Shown here: piece after piece, positions 9,897 through 22,313 of the stretch
Numbering within the stretch: the stretch's first letter is position 1
How the letters are laid out: each line of letters begins with the position of its first letter
Made by a program: the position numbers and the translations under genes
Assembly (NCBI GenBank): GCA_002269645.1
Contig: NIVC01000130.1
Span: 558,001-622,000 of the forward strand
Length of the DNA: 64,000 nt
Source: Macrostomum lignano
Taxonomy: Eukaryota
Reading direction: 5' to 3'
Notes under the pieces: generated by a model
The model's database searches: none
Seen by the model: only the letters and a program-made list of their open reading frames with translations
Told to the model about the DNA's origin: nothing

Positions 9897-12800
9897 CTAC
9901 TGTTTCAAAATGCCTGTTTTATTACTTGAATTGAACTGAGCAGGCGATGGGTTCAACAGAGTAGTTTTGTCCTTCTCGTTAGAGAAAAAATGAATCCGGT
10001 TAGCGAACTGCGTGGCCGCATTGAACAGTCGGCGCGCATGTTGGCGAGCATTCTGTGGGTAGCCCAGGTGTCTGAACCGGTGAATGGCGATTGTGTTCGG
10101 ACCAATGTCGCTGTCTAGCTTAAATTTTCTCGACTCTAGTTTTAGACAGCCTTTCTCGTACTCGAACAGGGTGGCGTTCTTTTTCAGCTTGAGTTTTGCG
10201 GCTGTGATAATCGATTGCTCTGAAAGTTGTTAGTTTTTTGTGTCAGCCAAAGTGTAGTAAGAGGGTAATTGATAAAGCAAAAGGCGCGGCAGGTTGCTGG
10301 GGGAAGAGGGATGGTCGATTGGAGTAATTCTGTCTACCCCTTTGATGGTCGGCTGCGCCAAAGGGGTAGAGGGCAATTAAATTAAATAAAGGCGCGAACT
10401 ATCAGGCAATCAGCAAAAAGGACGGTTGTTTATCTCTGCACCACAGGGGTGGAGGGCAATTAAATTAAATATAAGCGCAAACTATCAGCCAATCAGCAAA
10501 GAGGACGGTTGTTTATCTCTGCGCGACAGGGGTAGAAGGCAATTAAATTAGATAAAGGCGCGAACTATCAGGCAATCAGCAAAAAGGACAGTTGTTTATC
10601 TCTGCACCACAGGGGTGGAGGGCAATTAAATTAAATATAAGCGCAAACTATCAGCCAATCAGCAAAGAGGACGGTTGTTTATCTCTGCGCGACAGGGGTA
10701 GAAGGCAATTAAATTAAATAAAGGCGCGAACTATCAGGCAATCAGCAAAAAGGACAGTTGTTTATCTCTGCACCACAGGGGTGGAGGGCAATTAAATTAA
10801 ATATAAGCGCAAACTATCAGCCAATCAGCAGATAGGACGGTCAGATTTTCCTGCGCCACAGGGATAGATGGCAATTAAATTAAATAAAAGCAAAAGCTAT
10901 CTGCCTATCAGCAAAGAGGACGGTCGGTTATTTCTGCGCAACAGAGGTAGAGGGCAATTAAATTAAATAAAGGCGCAAAGTATCAGCCAATCAGCAAAAA
11001 GGACTGTTGTTTGTCTCTGCGCCACAGGGGTACAATCAGTCATTAAGACAATCGCTTACTATTTTTGCCCCGAGGAACGCCTTTGCATCGTCCAGGATAA
11101 TTTTGAATCGCGTCCATTACGGGTGACATAACGTAATCGGGCAGCAGCTCCACTGGATGCCGGCCCCCGTCCTGACCCTCCTCCCAGTAGGCCTTGAGCG
11201 CTCGGGTCAGCAGGTCCGGTCCCGTCGAGGACACGGGGTCGCCGAATTTGCGCACCTTGAGCAGCTCGGCGATGCTGCGGTTGAAAAACGGGTGACCCGG
11301 CGTGGCGCCCATGCCGGAGTTCATGGCGTTGAAGCTGCGGTTCCACACGATCTGCGCCTGCATGGTGTTCTCCTGGTCCACGAAGGCCGAGTAGTTGGCC
11401 AGGCTCGGAAAGAAGGGACGCCTGCACTCGACGTCCATGTCGATGTAGATGCCTGGAATGGAAGTACATGTAAGCGCGGATTTGGTAGTCTAGAGTGGAC
11501 CATGTTGTGAGACAGTAGTTAGTAGTAAGTCAATAGTAAGTCAGTAGTGAGTCAGCAGTGAGTCAGCAGTGAGTCAGTAGTGAGTCAGCTGTGAGTCAGT
11601 AGTGAGTCAGTAGTGAGTCAGTAGTGAGTCAGCAGTGAGTCAGTAGTGAGTCAGTAGTGAGTCAGCAGTGAGTCAGTAGTGAGTCAGCAGTGAGTCAGCA
11701 GTGAGTCAGCAGTGAGTCAGTAGTGAGTCAGCAGTGAGTCAGTAGTGAGTCAGTAGTGAGTCAGTAGTGAGTCAGTAGTGAGTCAGTAGTGAGTCAGCAG
11801 TGAGTCAGTAGTGAGTCAATAGTGAGTCAGTAGTGAGTCAGCAGTAAGTCAGCCAGCAGGTCACATTAACTCACCTCCGAACTTATGCAGTATCAAGTAC
11901 CTAACCGCATCGGACTTCTCCAGTTTGTGTTTAAACAGTTTAAACTTCTTAGCCAAATGAGGGTAGTGCAGTTTGATCAGCAGGTCAATGTCCCTGTCAG
12001 TCCACAGGTAATATTTCCAATCGGGATTGAGCCTCAAACAGGACTCAATGTAGGGCTTGTAAGCGGCAAACACTTGGCTCCTGGCGAAAGTCTGGTGCAA
12101 TAACTTTGGTATTTGTTTACTAGTGCTCGGCTCGCGGGTTGTAGGCTTTTCTGTGCTCCCGCAGTTGTCAGAAAGTCCGTCAGCGGATGGGTCGCAAAAA
12201 GAGATGAAACTGTTGTAGTAGTCTTGCTGACTGGCGTTGCCGATTGGCCAGTAGCCTAAGTGTCTGCGCATCCAGTGACTGTTCGTAGTGGCGAAGTAGA
12301 TCCATAGCGTGACGCACACCTGCGGTCGGTGTATCAGTGAGTAGATTTTATGAGAGGCTATCTATCTAGCTGTACGAGATTACTGTGAGATTATCAATCT
12401 ACCTGTTTGAGATCACCTGTAAGATTACCTATATCTACCTGTTTGAGATCCCTGTGAGATTATCAATCTATCTGTTCGAGATCCCGGTGTGATTATCAAT
12501 CTACCTGTTTGAGATCACCTGTAAGATTACATATATCTACCTGTTTGAGATCCCTGTGAGATTATCAATCTACCTGTTCGAGATCCCCGTGAGATTATCA
12601 ATTAATAATTGATAACCCATTCAAGATCCCCTGTGAGATTACCTATATCTACTTGTTTGAGATCTCCTGTGAGATTATCAATCTACCTGTTCGAACTCAC
12701 CTGTGAGATTATCTATATCTACCTGTTCGAGATCCCCTGTGAGATTACCTATATCTACTTGTTTGAGATCTCCTGTGAGATTATCAATCTACCTGTTCGA

Positions 12801-13356
12801 ACTCACCTGTGAGATTATCTATATCTACCTGTTCGAGATCCCCTGTGAGATTACCTATATCTACTTGTTTGAGATCTCCTGTGAGATTATCAATCTACTT
12901 GTTCGAACTCACCTGTGAGATTATCTATATCTACCTGTTCGAGATCCCCTGTGAGATTACCTATATCTACTTGTTTGAGATCTCCTGTGAGATTATCAAT
13001 CTACCTGTTCGAACTCACCTGTGAGATTATCTATATCTACCTGTTCGAGATCCCCTGTGAGATTATCGATACCTACCTGTGTTGAGATCCCTGTGAGATG
13101 ATCTACCCATGTGTTTGAGATTTCCTGTGAGATTATCAATCTACCTGTTTGAGATCCTTGTGCGATTATCTATCTACCTATTTGAGATCCCTGTTAGAGC
13201 ACTAAAATACCTTTTGATATGCCTGTCGGATAGATAATCTCATGTTTAAATTGATAGATATAATGTAATTAAGAAAAATAAATTTAGCAATCAACTTACC
13301 ATCAACAAGCAGATAAAAAGTAACTTGCGTATTTTACTCAGAGAAATCATTATCAT
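9897..13356 (-). CDS. Glycosyltransferase family 32 (DxD, SUR1/OCH1-like) type II membrane protein, copy B, complete
   Basis: Exons 13356-13300 (MIMISLSKIRKLLFICLLM), 12319-11875 (VCVTLWIYF, IPKLLHQTF, HKFGG), 11452-11060 (GIYIDMD) and 10201-9897 (TIAIHRFRHLGY, ends LKQ-stop; missed by the ORF track). All junctions are GT-AG and phase-consistent (0,1,1). Confidence 0.88.
10368..11032. repeat. 83-bp tandem repeat with alternating A/B variants (166-bp dimer), GT32-B intron 3
   Basis: Unit starts at 10371, 10454 and 10537; contains CAGCCAATCAGC. Confidence 0.9.
11520..11852. repeat. 11-bp minisatellite (AGTGAGTCAGT)n, GT32-B intron 2
   Basis: Direct reading. Confidence 0.95.
12380..13195. repeat. 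~33-36-bp minisatellite with 106-bp higher-order unit, GT32-B intron 1
   Basis: CCTGTGAGATTATC.ATCTACCTGTT.GAGATC monomers; near-identical repeat ORFs are offset by 106 bp (12703, 12809). Confidence 0.9.
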
Positions 13357-13867
13357 ATTATAGTAGGTGTAAATAGCAAAATGAAGTCACATTGGTGCAG
13401 CAGCAGCAGCAGCAGCAGCAGCAGCCGGTTCTAACCAGACATAAAATTTCACAGTCTTAATTTACATTCACCAGCTTTAGTTTTTAAAGCTTATAGCTAT
13501 AGCTAATCAGCACAGCGGCTGTCCAATAGGGAGGGCGGAGATGACAGAGGATGCACTTCTTTGAAGGAGCGACGTGTAGCTTGAGACGGAATTGGATTGG
13601 CCCACTCACTGAAGCTGCTTTGTCGGTCCGAAGCAGCGAAAGGAGAGAAGGAAGGGGACGCAGGCTCTGAACTGACTGACTGACTAGATGTAGATGATAT
13701 GCCTCGAGGGGGTTGAGCCTAATGGTTAGAACAGAGACTGCTCAATACTCGGGATGGGGACAAGGCAGAACTTGGAGTTCTCGAAAATAATTACATCAAA
13801 AGGTTTTTATCACAGACACAAACTCACTAACTACCGAGTATTGAGTATCAAGTAAATATTCCCTGCA

Positions 13868-14160
13868 CGGGTCAGAGCGTCAGACTCACGACTGAAAGGT
13901 CTGAGGTTCGATTCTCGACCCACTCGGAACAATTTGTGTCCTTGAGCCAGACGCTTAACTCTGCATTGCTTCAGTTCACCCAGCTGTAAAATGGGTGCCA
14001 GCATTAGCTGGGGTAATTGAGGGTGTGTGATGGCGACCCCCCAGTCCTTGGACTGAACAGCCGTACGCAGCCTTCAGATGCGCCGCGCAATAGCTGCGGC
14101 TGAGCTGTCGGTTGCACCACATCTGCTCAATTGGGGCAGGTGTAGTCAAATAATAATAAT
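13868..14160 (+). mobile_element. tRNA-derived SINE with CORE-like central domain and (TAA)n tail
   Basis: tRNA-like head (GGTCAGAGCG, B box GGTTCGATTCT). Body GTGTCCTTGAGCCAGACGCTTAACTCT...CTGTAAAATGGG resembles the MIR/CORE consensus from memory. Tail AATAATAATAAT. Confidence 0.75.
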
Positions 14161-16395
14161 TTTTCTTATTGAAAATAAAATAATAAACAATATACTATAT
14201 TATAATAGACGGACTGGCCTGTCAGGGTATTGCAGACAATTGGTAAATACAGAACTTTTAAAAAAGTATAAGCAGAAGCTATGAGCCTAATTACGTATTT
14301 GATCTCATTGTCAATAAATGTATGTAGAGGCATTATGCAACAGACAAGCAGCACTGCATACTCGTAGGTGCACATGTTCTTATAGATGGAGAGAGAAAGG
14401 TCGTCGGGTCAGATGGAGCTGGCAGAGACAGGCTATAGGGGAGGGAGAGGTAGCGAGAGGGAGAGGGAGGAGATGGGGAAAGAGAGGGAGATAAAGGGAG
14501 AAATGAATGAGAAAGCACATTAGTATTTCAAGCGAGAACATCGAATCTAAATGATAGCTAAGCAAAAGTGTAAATCAGGAATAATTTCAACCCAGATATT
14601 GCATGAGCAAACAGCTCCGCGGCAGCAGCAGCAGCAGCAGATAGAAGGGCGAGAACTCCTTCACTCCGTCCCCAACTGCATTGTCAGCATAGCTATCGCA
14701 GTGCTAGGCAACTCACTGTTTATTGCCTGCCTGACCTTGGGGAGGGGAGGTTGACTGGGACAGGGTGGCTATTGTTGCAAGAGCAAGGGCGGGACGGAGA
14801 CCGCGATAGGCAGGAGAGGAGAGCCTTGCCTGCAATGGGTTTAACAATGCCCCGGCCCTCGGATAGTGCAGCCCAGAGCAGCTGGGCTGACAGAAACACC
14901 TGTCGGAAAAAGAACTATCCCTAGCCCCTGCATATACACGCGCGTACGTGTACGGGATGAGGGGGGGGTGGGATTTTCAGCAGCTTCTCCCATCGCCTCT
15001 CTGCCCCCATCCCACCCCCTACCCACTCGTATGGCTCTGCATCTGCACTATAGGCGCTACTGCATAAACAGGATGCAGGATTAGTGGGTGCTCTCCCGTA
15101 GATTATTAGTCCGTGAAAATGATGTGCGGTATTTTTTAAATTTGTAGATTAACTGCGACTTTTTTAAATCTAGTTTTTTAAACAAACAAATTGGTCATTA
15201 AACTAAATCCAATCTATTATACACACAGTTGGTTTGCTAGTTAATTGTATTGGCTTATTAGGGGGGAGAGAGTGGCGAGGGAGAGGGTGAGAGGGGGAGG
15301 TAGAGAGTGGAGTGAGAGGAGAAGGAGAGAATGAGAAAGAGAGCAGAGAGAGGAGAGGGAGAGGCAGAGAAAGTGAGTAGCTCCATAGATTTCCTAATCA
15401 TTGTTTGTTTTGCCGATAGTTGCCATGCAGACCCGTGGGTGGCCGCAGAAAAAATAGGTGATTGCATGCCGTGGCCATCAAGAGACAAAGAGCTTTTTGA
15501 TCATAACAATGAAAAAGTGTTGGAGCACCGAAAGACTGAACGAAATTCCTGCTTATTTCGAAACAATAGAGAAACTACAGGCCAGCTTCCCATTTCACTT
15601 GGTTGCCAACTGAGTTCGAAAGTACTTCTCATGAATTGATGTCTGATAGCTGTATCTCACTCCATCAGTGTCACTCACTCCATCAATCTGGTTGCCTTTA
15701 TACCCATTACCGCAACATATCGGCATGCCAAATATTTCCTTCTGAATCCAATGCCATTTTGGGCCCTGATTATCTAACGGTAAATAAAGTCTTTTACACA
15801 ACATATCGGCATATTAGATATTTCCTTCTGGACTTAAACGGACTTTGGGACGAGATTTTTTGCAAAGAAAGCTTTTAACACAACATATCGGCATTTATTT
15901 ATAGCGCAACAAGTTTTTACGAAACATATCGGCATTTAAAATATTTAATTTTTTTGACATCATTACGGAGCAGCATTTATCGAACAAATTATCATGATGA
16001 AGCATTATTCTTTATAAAAAAAAATAGGCAACAACTCATAGAAACAAACAAACAATAAACATGTTTTTATAACAAAAACAACCTTTACAGATTGCTAAAA
16101 TATAAAAAAACAATATTTTGACCATTGAATGATTTTGATTGCATTTTACCGTACGGCTAAGAGTCTAGAAGTAGTAAATGGCGCGTACTTTCACTAATCG
16201 AATGAATACGAGTAAGTGCACGAATCTCCCCGAGAAGAGGGAAAACTCGCAAGAATAGTCTTCCTTAAAAGAAGAAAAAAAACGTGACAAGAATCTCTTC
16301 TAAAAGAAGAAAAATTTCCAGAGGAATCCCGCATAACAGAAAACATTACTATCGGAGATGATCCTGTTTCCATGGCAACACACTGAAATCCAGCA

Positions 16396-19300
16396 TCACC
16401 GACGCTGCAAATGATGATGCTTCAACGGTCGCCGTTCCGCTCGAAGACGCAGCGACCCGATGCCACAGTCGGGCATCTCGCCGACGTACGGCGGCGGCTG
16501 CTGCTGCTGCTGCTGCGAGGCCGCCGCCGACTCGCCTTCCTCAGCAAGCCGGTCCGAGCTCTGCAGCTTGTCCAGAAACGGCAGCGGCAGATCCGGGATG
16601 TTGTGCAACAGGAATCGAACCCTGGCTAGATGCTCGGACGGTGTCCAGGTCTGCAGGCACACCTGCCGATTGTTTGAGTCGACGCAGCGAACGAGGCCGA
16701 CGCCAAGACAGCTGTGCCGACTGGGCAGACGGTTCAGTCGGCGGAGCTGCCGTTGAGGAGCGCCCGAGCTCGCCTGCAGATCGGCGTCTTCATCCGCTGT
16801 GCACAGGCCGACAAGTGAGGCGTTAAGCACCTGCGCGGATGGGGAGTGAGTGAGTGATGACTGAGTGAGTGAGTGAGTGATTGAGTGAGTGAGTGAGTGA
16901 TTTAGTGAGTGAGTGATGACTGAGTGAGAGTGAGTGAGTGAGTGATTGAGTTAGTAAGTGATGACTGAGTGAGAGTGAGTGAGTGAGTGAGTGAGTGATT
17001 AAGTGAGTGATGACTGAGTGAGTGAGGTGTGTGAGTGATTCAGTGACTGAGTGACTGAGTGAGTGATTGAGTGATGACTGACTGAGTGAGTAAGTGAGTG
17101 AGTGAGAGTGAGTGACTGAGTGAGTGAGAGTGAGTGAGTGATTGACTGAGTGAGTGATTGAGTGAGTGATGACTGAGTGAGAGTGAGTGAGTGATTGAGT
17201 GAGTGAGTGAGTGAGTGATGACTGAGTGAGTGAGAGTGTGTGAGTGATTGAGTGACTGAGTGAGTGATTAAGTGAGTGAGAGTGAGTGAGTGATTGAGTG
17301 ATGACTGACTGAATGAGTAAGTGAGTGAGTGAGAGTGAGTGACTGAGTGAGTGATTAAGTGATGACTGACTGAGTGAGTGACTGAGTAATCGAGCCTTCA
17401 GGTGGGGATTCTGTACCTGGCGACTCTTCAGTGAGTGAGTGATTGAGTGACTGATTGATTACTAGAGTGAGTTAGCCAGCGAGCCAACAATTTAATCAGG
17501 CGAATTGGTTTACAACTAACTACTGCCAATAATACAATCGCGTAGTACTACTATTCCCAACACAATGAAGCAGTAGTATGATAATGGACGGTGTAATATA
17601 CAAATTCAATAGATAGTAAATCATCGCACCCTATCCAAAGAGTCGTTAATCCTGCTGTTGCCGCCGGAGATGTACACCCCAACAAAAGCGTCGAACGGCA
17701 CCCGATAAACGGGACAGTTGCTAAGCGGCAGAACAGTGGCCAGCACAGACAGCTCCCGTTGCTGAGGCGCTCCGTATCGGGTTGGCTGGCTGCGCAGCCT
17801 ACCTGGCACACAGATTAGCAGGTGTCCAACCTGCGCATTACCGCCCGGATAATCCGATTGGCAAGCGCGAAATCTCGGAGCCGACTCGCTTAGCAAATAG
17901 CCGGGCGTTAATAGCGAAGGCAGGTTTCTATTGGGCGATTCGGACTCGATCTGTACAACATAGCTGGGCGATAACAATCGAATAGTTTCGCATAGCAACA
18001 GTAGGCCAAGGCCGTTTGTCCAGCCCATTGTGTTTGCTACTAGGGGCACCGTGGCCGGGTCCAAATCGGCCGCCGCTGTTGCTAGGCTGGCCACGGCCGA
18101 GAGATAGTCGCGAGGACTGCCGGGACTGCAGCCGCCCAGGCAGCAGGCGGCAAGGATGCTGGGCCGGGGGTTGCTGCTGCTGCAGTGCAGATGTTGGGGT
18201 GCGGCATGGAGACTCCTCAGGTGGGGATACTTCAGCTTGGCGATTCTTCAGGTGGGGATTGGGGGGCGATTCTTCAGGTGGGAATCAGGGGAAGCAATTC
18301 TTCAGGTGGGGATCAGGGGAGGCAATTCTTCAGGTGGGGATCAGGGGAAGCAATTCTTCAGGTGGGGATCAGGAGGGGGGCGATTCTTCAGGTGGGGATC
18401 AGGGGGGGGCGATTCTTCAGGTGGGGATCAGGGGGGGGGGGCGATTCTTCAGGTGGGGATCAGGGGGGGGCGATTCTTCAGGTGGGGATCGTGGGGGGGC
18501 GATTCTTCAGGTGGGGATCAGGGGGGGGGGCGATTCTTCAGGTGAGGATCAGGGCGGGGGGCGATTCTTCAGGTGGGGATCAGGGGGGGCGATTCTTCAG
18601 GTGGAGATGGGGGGGGCGATTCTTCAGGTGGGGATCAGGGGGGCGATTCTTCAGGTGGGGATCAGGGGGGGCGATTCTTCAGGTGGAGATGGGGGGGGGC
18701 GATTCTTCAGGTGGGGATCAGGGGGGGGGGCGATTCTTCAGGTGGGGATCAGGGGGGGCGATTCTTCAGGTGGGGATCAGGGGGGGGCGATTCTTCAGGT
18801 GGGGATGGGGGGACGATTCTTCAGGTGGGGATGGGGGGCGATTCTTCAGGTGGGGATGGGGGGGACGATTCTTCAGGTGGGGATGGGGGGCGATTCTTCA
18901 GGTGGGGATGGGGGGGACGATTCTTCAGGTGGGGATGGGGGGCGATTCTTCAGGTGGAGATGGGGGGGGGGCGATTCTTCAGGTGGGGATCAGGGGGGCG
19001 ATTCTTCAGGTGGGGATCAGGGGGGGGCGATTCTTCAGGTGGGGATCAGGAGGGGGCGATTCTTCAGGTGGGGATCAGGAGGGGGGCGATTCTTCAGGTG
19101 GGGATCAGAGGAGGGGCGATTCTTCAGGTGGGGATCGGGGGGGGGCGATTCTTAAGGTGGGGATCAGGGGGGCGATTCTTCAGGTGGGGATCAGGGGGGG
19201 CGATTCTTCAGGTGGGGATGGGGGGACGATTCTTCAGGTGGGGATGGGGGTGGGCGATTCTTCAGGTGGGGATGGGGGGCGATTCTTCAGGTGGGGATCA

Positions 19301-21500
19301 GGGGGGGCGATTCTTCAGGTGGAGATGGGGGGCGATTCTTCAGGTGGGGATGGGGGGGGCGATTCTTCAGGTGGGGATGGGGAGCGATTCTTCAGGTGGG
19401 GATCCGGAGGAGCGATTCTTCAGGTGGGGATCAGGGGGGGGGGGGCGATTCTTCAGGTGGGGATCAGGGGGGGGCGATTCTTCAGGTGGGGATCAGGGGG
19501 GGGGCGATTCTTGACATGGGGATCAATTGGGGGGCGATTCTTGACATGGGGATCAGGGGGGGGGGCGATTCTTCAGGTCGGGAATTCTTTGATTGGTGAT
19601 TCTTCAGGTGGGAATTTCTAATTAGGGACTTTTTAGGTGGGAATCAGGGGTGCGATTCTTCAGATGAATGGGTTCTATCAAAGTGCAGGTTCACATTGTT
19701 CAAATGAAGAATGTCAAATTTCTTTTTCAATTGAAAGCGGCAGCTAAATACACTAGAGTCTCACCTATCGGCATTATCATATTCAGAACACGCAGTCTCG
19801 CCAAAACCGAACACTTGATGAGTGAACGGCGGCCCCAGCAGCGGGGACTGCACCAAAGTTAACGATACGAAACCTGGCGGAGTGAACTCAGTCTGACCGG
19901 GGTCGCAGTCAAGGTAAGCGACGGAGGCGACACCCTCCGACAGCAGCCTGTTAATCAAACAGCGAGCCACGCTACTTTTACCGGAATTCCTGGGTCCGCA
20001 GACAACAAATCGCTGCTGCTCCCGACTGTGTCTGTTGGTATCCAAGCATTCCGTCACAGCTTCGCCTAAACGACCGGACCAAAGCTCATCGTCGGGTAGG
20101 TGTACTCGAAATTCGTTAGAGATTGAGCGCAACGACTGGATAGAGCTGAGGTAGAAACTATAACTAGTCGATTCGGTAATTAGTTGAAGGCAGGATGGTT
20201 GAACTTTTGGCGGAGCGAAGATGTACCTGGTGATAATTGGTTTTAGTCTTTATTGAGCAACAGTGCATATTGAGCAACGGGGTTAAGTCTTTGTAGACGT
20301 ATTGAGCAAAAGGTTGTCTTTGTAGGTTAGGTGTATTGAGCAACGAGGGTTAGGTCTTTGTAGGCGCATTAAGCAACGAAGTTGTCTTTGTAGGCGTATT
20401 GAGCAACGGGGTTTAGTTTTTGTAGGCTAGGCGCAACAAAAAGCAAACGGGATCAAGTCTTTGTAGGCTAGGCATATTGAGCAACGGGGTTTAGACTTTG
20501 TAGGCTAGGCGTATTAAGCAACGGGATTAAGTCTTTGTAGGCTAGGCGTATGGAGCAATGGGATTAAGTCTTTGTAGGCTAGGCGTATTAAGCAACGGGA
20601 TCAAGTCTTTGTAGGCTAGGCGTATGGAGCAACGGGATTAAGTCTTTGTAGGCTAGGCGTATTAAGCAACGGGATCAAGTCTTTGTAGGCTAGGCGTATG
20701 GAGCAACGGGATTAAGTCTTTGTAGGTTAGGCGTATTAAGCAACGGGATCAAGTCTTTGTAGGCTAGACGTATGGAGCAACGGGATGAGGTCTTTGTAGG
20801 CATATTGAGCAACAGGGTTAAGTCTTTGTAGACGCATTTAGCAACGGAGTGTCTCTGTAGGCGTTATTGAGCAACGGGATTAACGGTTTGTAGTGTAAAG
20901 AACCAACCTAAAGATGTGATGCTTCCGGAATGCCTCCCCATAGCCAGCCGGCTTCAATGGCTTGCAAGCGAGGGCGCAAAGCCGCTGACTACTGGGAAAT
21001 AACTTCAAATTTCTAGCCAGAACATCAAAGACAGTTTTAGTTAGCTGAGTCAGGCTTTCATCAGTTCCATCTGTTTCGTCTAATTTATCGGTAGATAAGT
21101 TAGCAAATTGAATACCAACGGTTAACCAGCTGACATTCTCAGTTGAGTACACTGGTCTCCATTTATTTCTTCGGATGACAAATTCCAATATTTTCACGCT
21201 GCCAATTAAACAGGATAATTGACAGCAGCCAAATAGCACACCGATTGGATCTTTAATGGAGTCTTCAGTTGCGGCAGAAGAGGCTACATTGGATTCAAGA
21301 AACAGCATCACACTGACTTCACTGTTAGCAATTTCTAATTTATAGCAGTTGGTGTCCATGGCTGTTAACTTTGGCTCGTTAGTTTCTAGCCTCTCTTGTT
21401 GTGTAGCATCAATTTTTGGAGGGTCCATGACAACTTCAGCAGATTGAAGGCTTTTTTTTCTTTTTACTTTCGGCTCTTCCAACTGAGCAGATGACATCAT
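16396..21500 (-). CDS. NOL9: Polynucleotide 5'-hydroxyl kinase NOL9/Grc3-like (Clp1 family)
   Basis: Exons 21500-20908, 20226-19765 (P-loop GPRNSGKS, DCDPGQTEFTPPG), 18179-17630 (VANTMGWTNGLG) and 16830-16396 (LNASLVGLC, CLGVGLVR). Junctions are phase-consistent; start codon and exon-3 acceptor are less certain. Confidence 0.85.
16845..17465. repeat. (GAGT)n-type microsatellite, NOL9 intron 3
   Basis: Direct reading. Confidence 0.95.
18215..19665. repeat. ~22-27-bp G-rich minisatellite (GCGATTCTTCAGGTGGGGATCAG(G)n), NOL9 intron 2
   Basis: Direct reading; unit length varies with G-run length. Confidence 0.95.
20268..20880. repeat. 37-bp minisatellite with alternating variants, NOL9 intron 1
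   Basis: Unit starts at 20521, 20558 and 20595. Confidence 0.9.
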
Positions 21501-21589
21501 GAATATACATGTCAATGAATATGATTTTAAATGTTATTAGCAAGTGTTTGTACTTCAACTCACTAGCCAGTCTATCTCACCAACCCGTA

Positions 21590-22100
21590 ATTAGTTTATG
21601 ACCGCCAACCCCCACTGGTTAGTTTTTGGCCGCCAACCCCTTACCCCTTTACTGGTTAGTTTATGGCCGCCAACCCCTTACCCCTTACTGGTTAGTTTAT
21701 GGCCGCCAACCCCTCATCCCCCTACTGGTTAGTTTATGGCCGCCAACCCCTTACCCCTTACTGGTTAGTTTATGACCGCCAACCCCTTTACTGGTTAGTT
21801 TATGGCCGCCAACCCCTCATCCCCCTACTGGTTAGTTTATGGCCGCCAACCCCTTACCCCTTACTGGTTAGTTTATGACCGCCAACCCCTTTACTGGTTA
21901 GTTTATGGCCGCCAACCCCTCATCCCCCTACTGGTTAGTTTATGGCCGCCAACCCCTCATCCCCCTACTGGTTAGTTTATGGCCGCCAACCCCTCATCCC
22001 CCTACTGGTTAGTTTATGGCCGCAAACCCCTCACCCCTTACTGGTTAGTTTATGGCCGCCAACCCCTCACACCCCTCTGCTGGTTAGATTAAGGCCGCGA
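21590..22100. repeat. ~29-37-bp minisatellite between OSGEP and NOL9
   Basis: ACTGGTTAGTTTATGGCCGCCAACCCCT... units. Confidence 0.92.
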
Positions 22101-22272
22101 ACCCCTCAATGACTAGAATTTTATGCCCGCTAACTAATAAATATTAAATTAAGTCTAGCTTAGAATCTATCAGTAATAAAAACAAGTAGGAACCCAACAG
22201 ATCCAAAAAGTACAGCAGGACATAAATAATTGTTGTAAAACTGCCACAAATTTAGACGATCAAATTGTATTA

Positions 22273-22278
22273 TTTATT
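22273..22278 (-). promoter_or_regulatory. Putative polyadenylation signal of OSGEP
   Basis: AATAAA on the minus strand ~36 nt after the stop codon. Confidence 0.55.
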
Positions 22279-22313
22279 ATAAGAGTTTTGTTAGTTTATA
22301 GCTTGGATTGAGA

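Noticed and set aside
15715-15935. Four copies of ACATATCGGCAT with apparently unique spacers (CRISPR-like)
   Set aside because: Spacers share sequence (ATATTTCCTTCTG), spacing is irregular (86, 82, 41), context is eukaryotic and there are no cas genes; a degenerate tandem repeat.
18016-19621. Long ORFs (up to 478 aa) of GGDSSGG/RFFRWG repeats
   Set aside because: Translations of a minisatellite within NOL9 intron 2, on the opposite strand; open in several frames.
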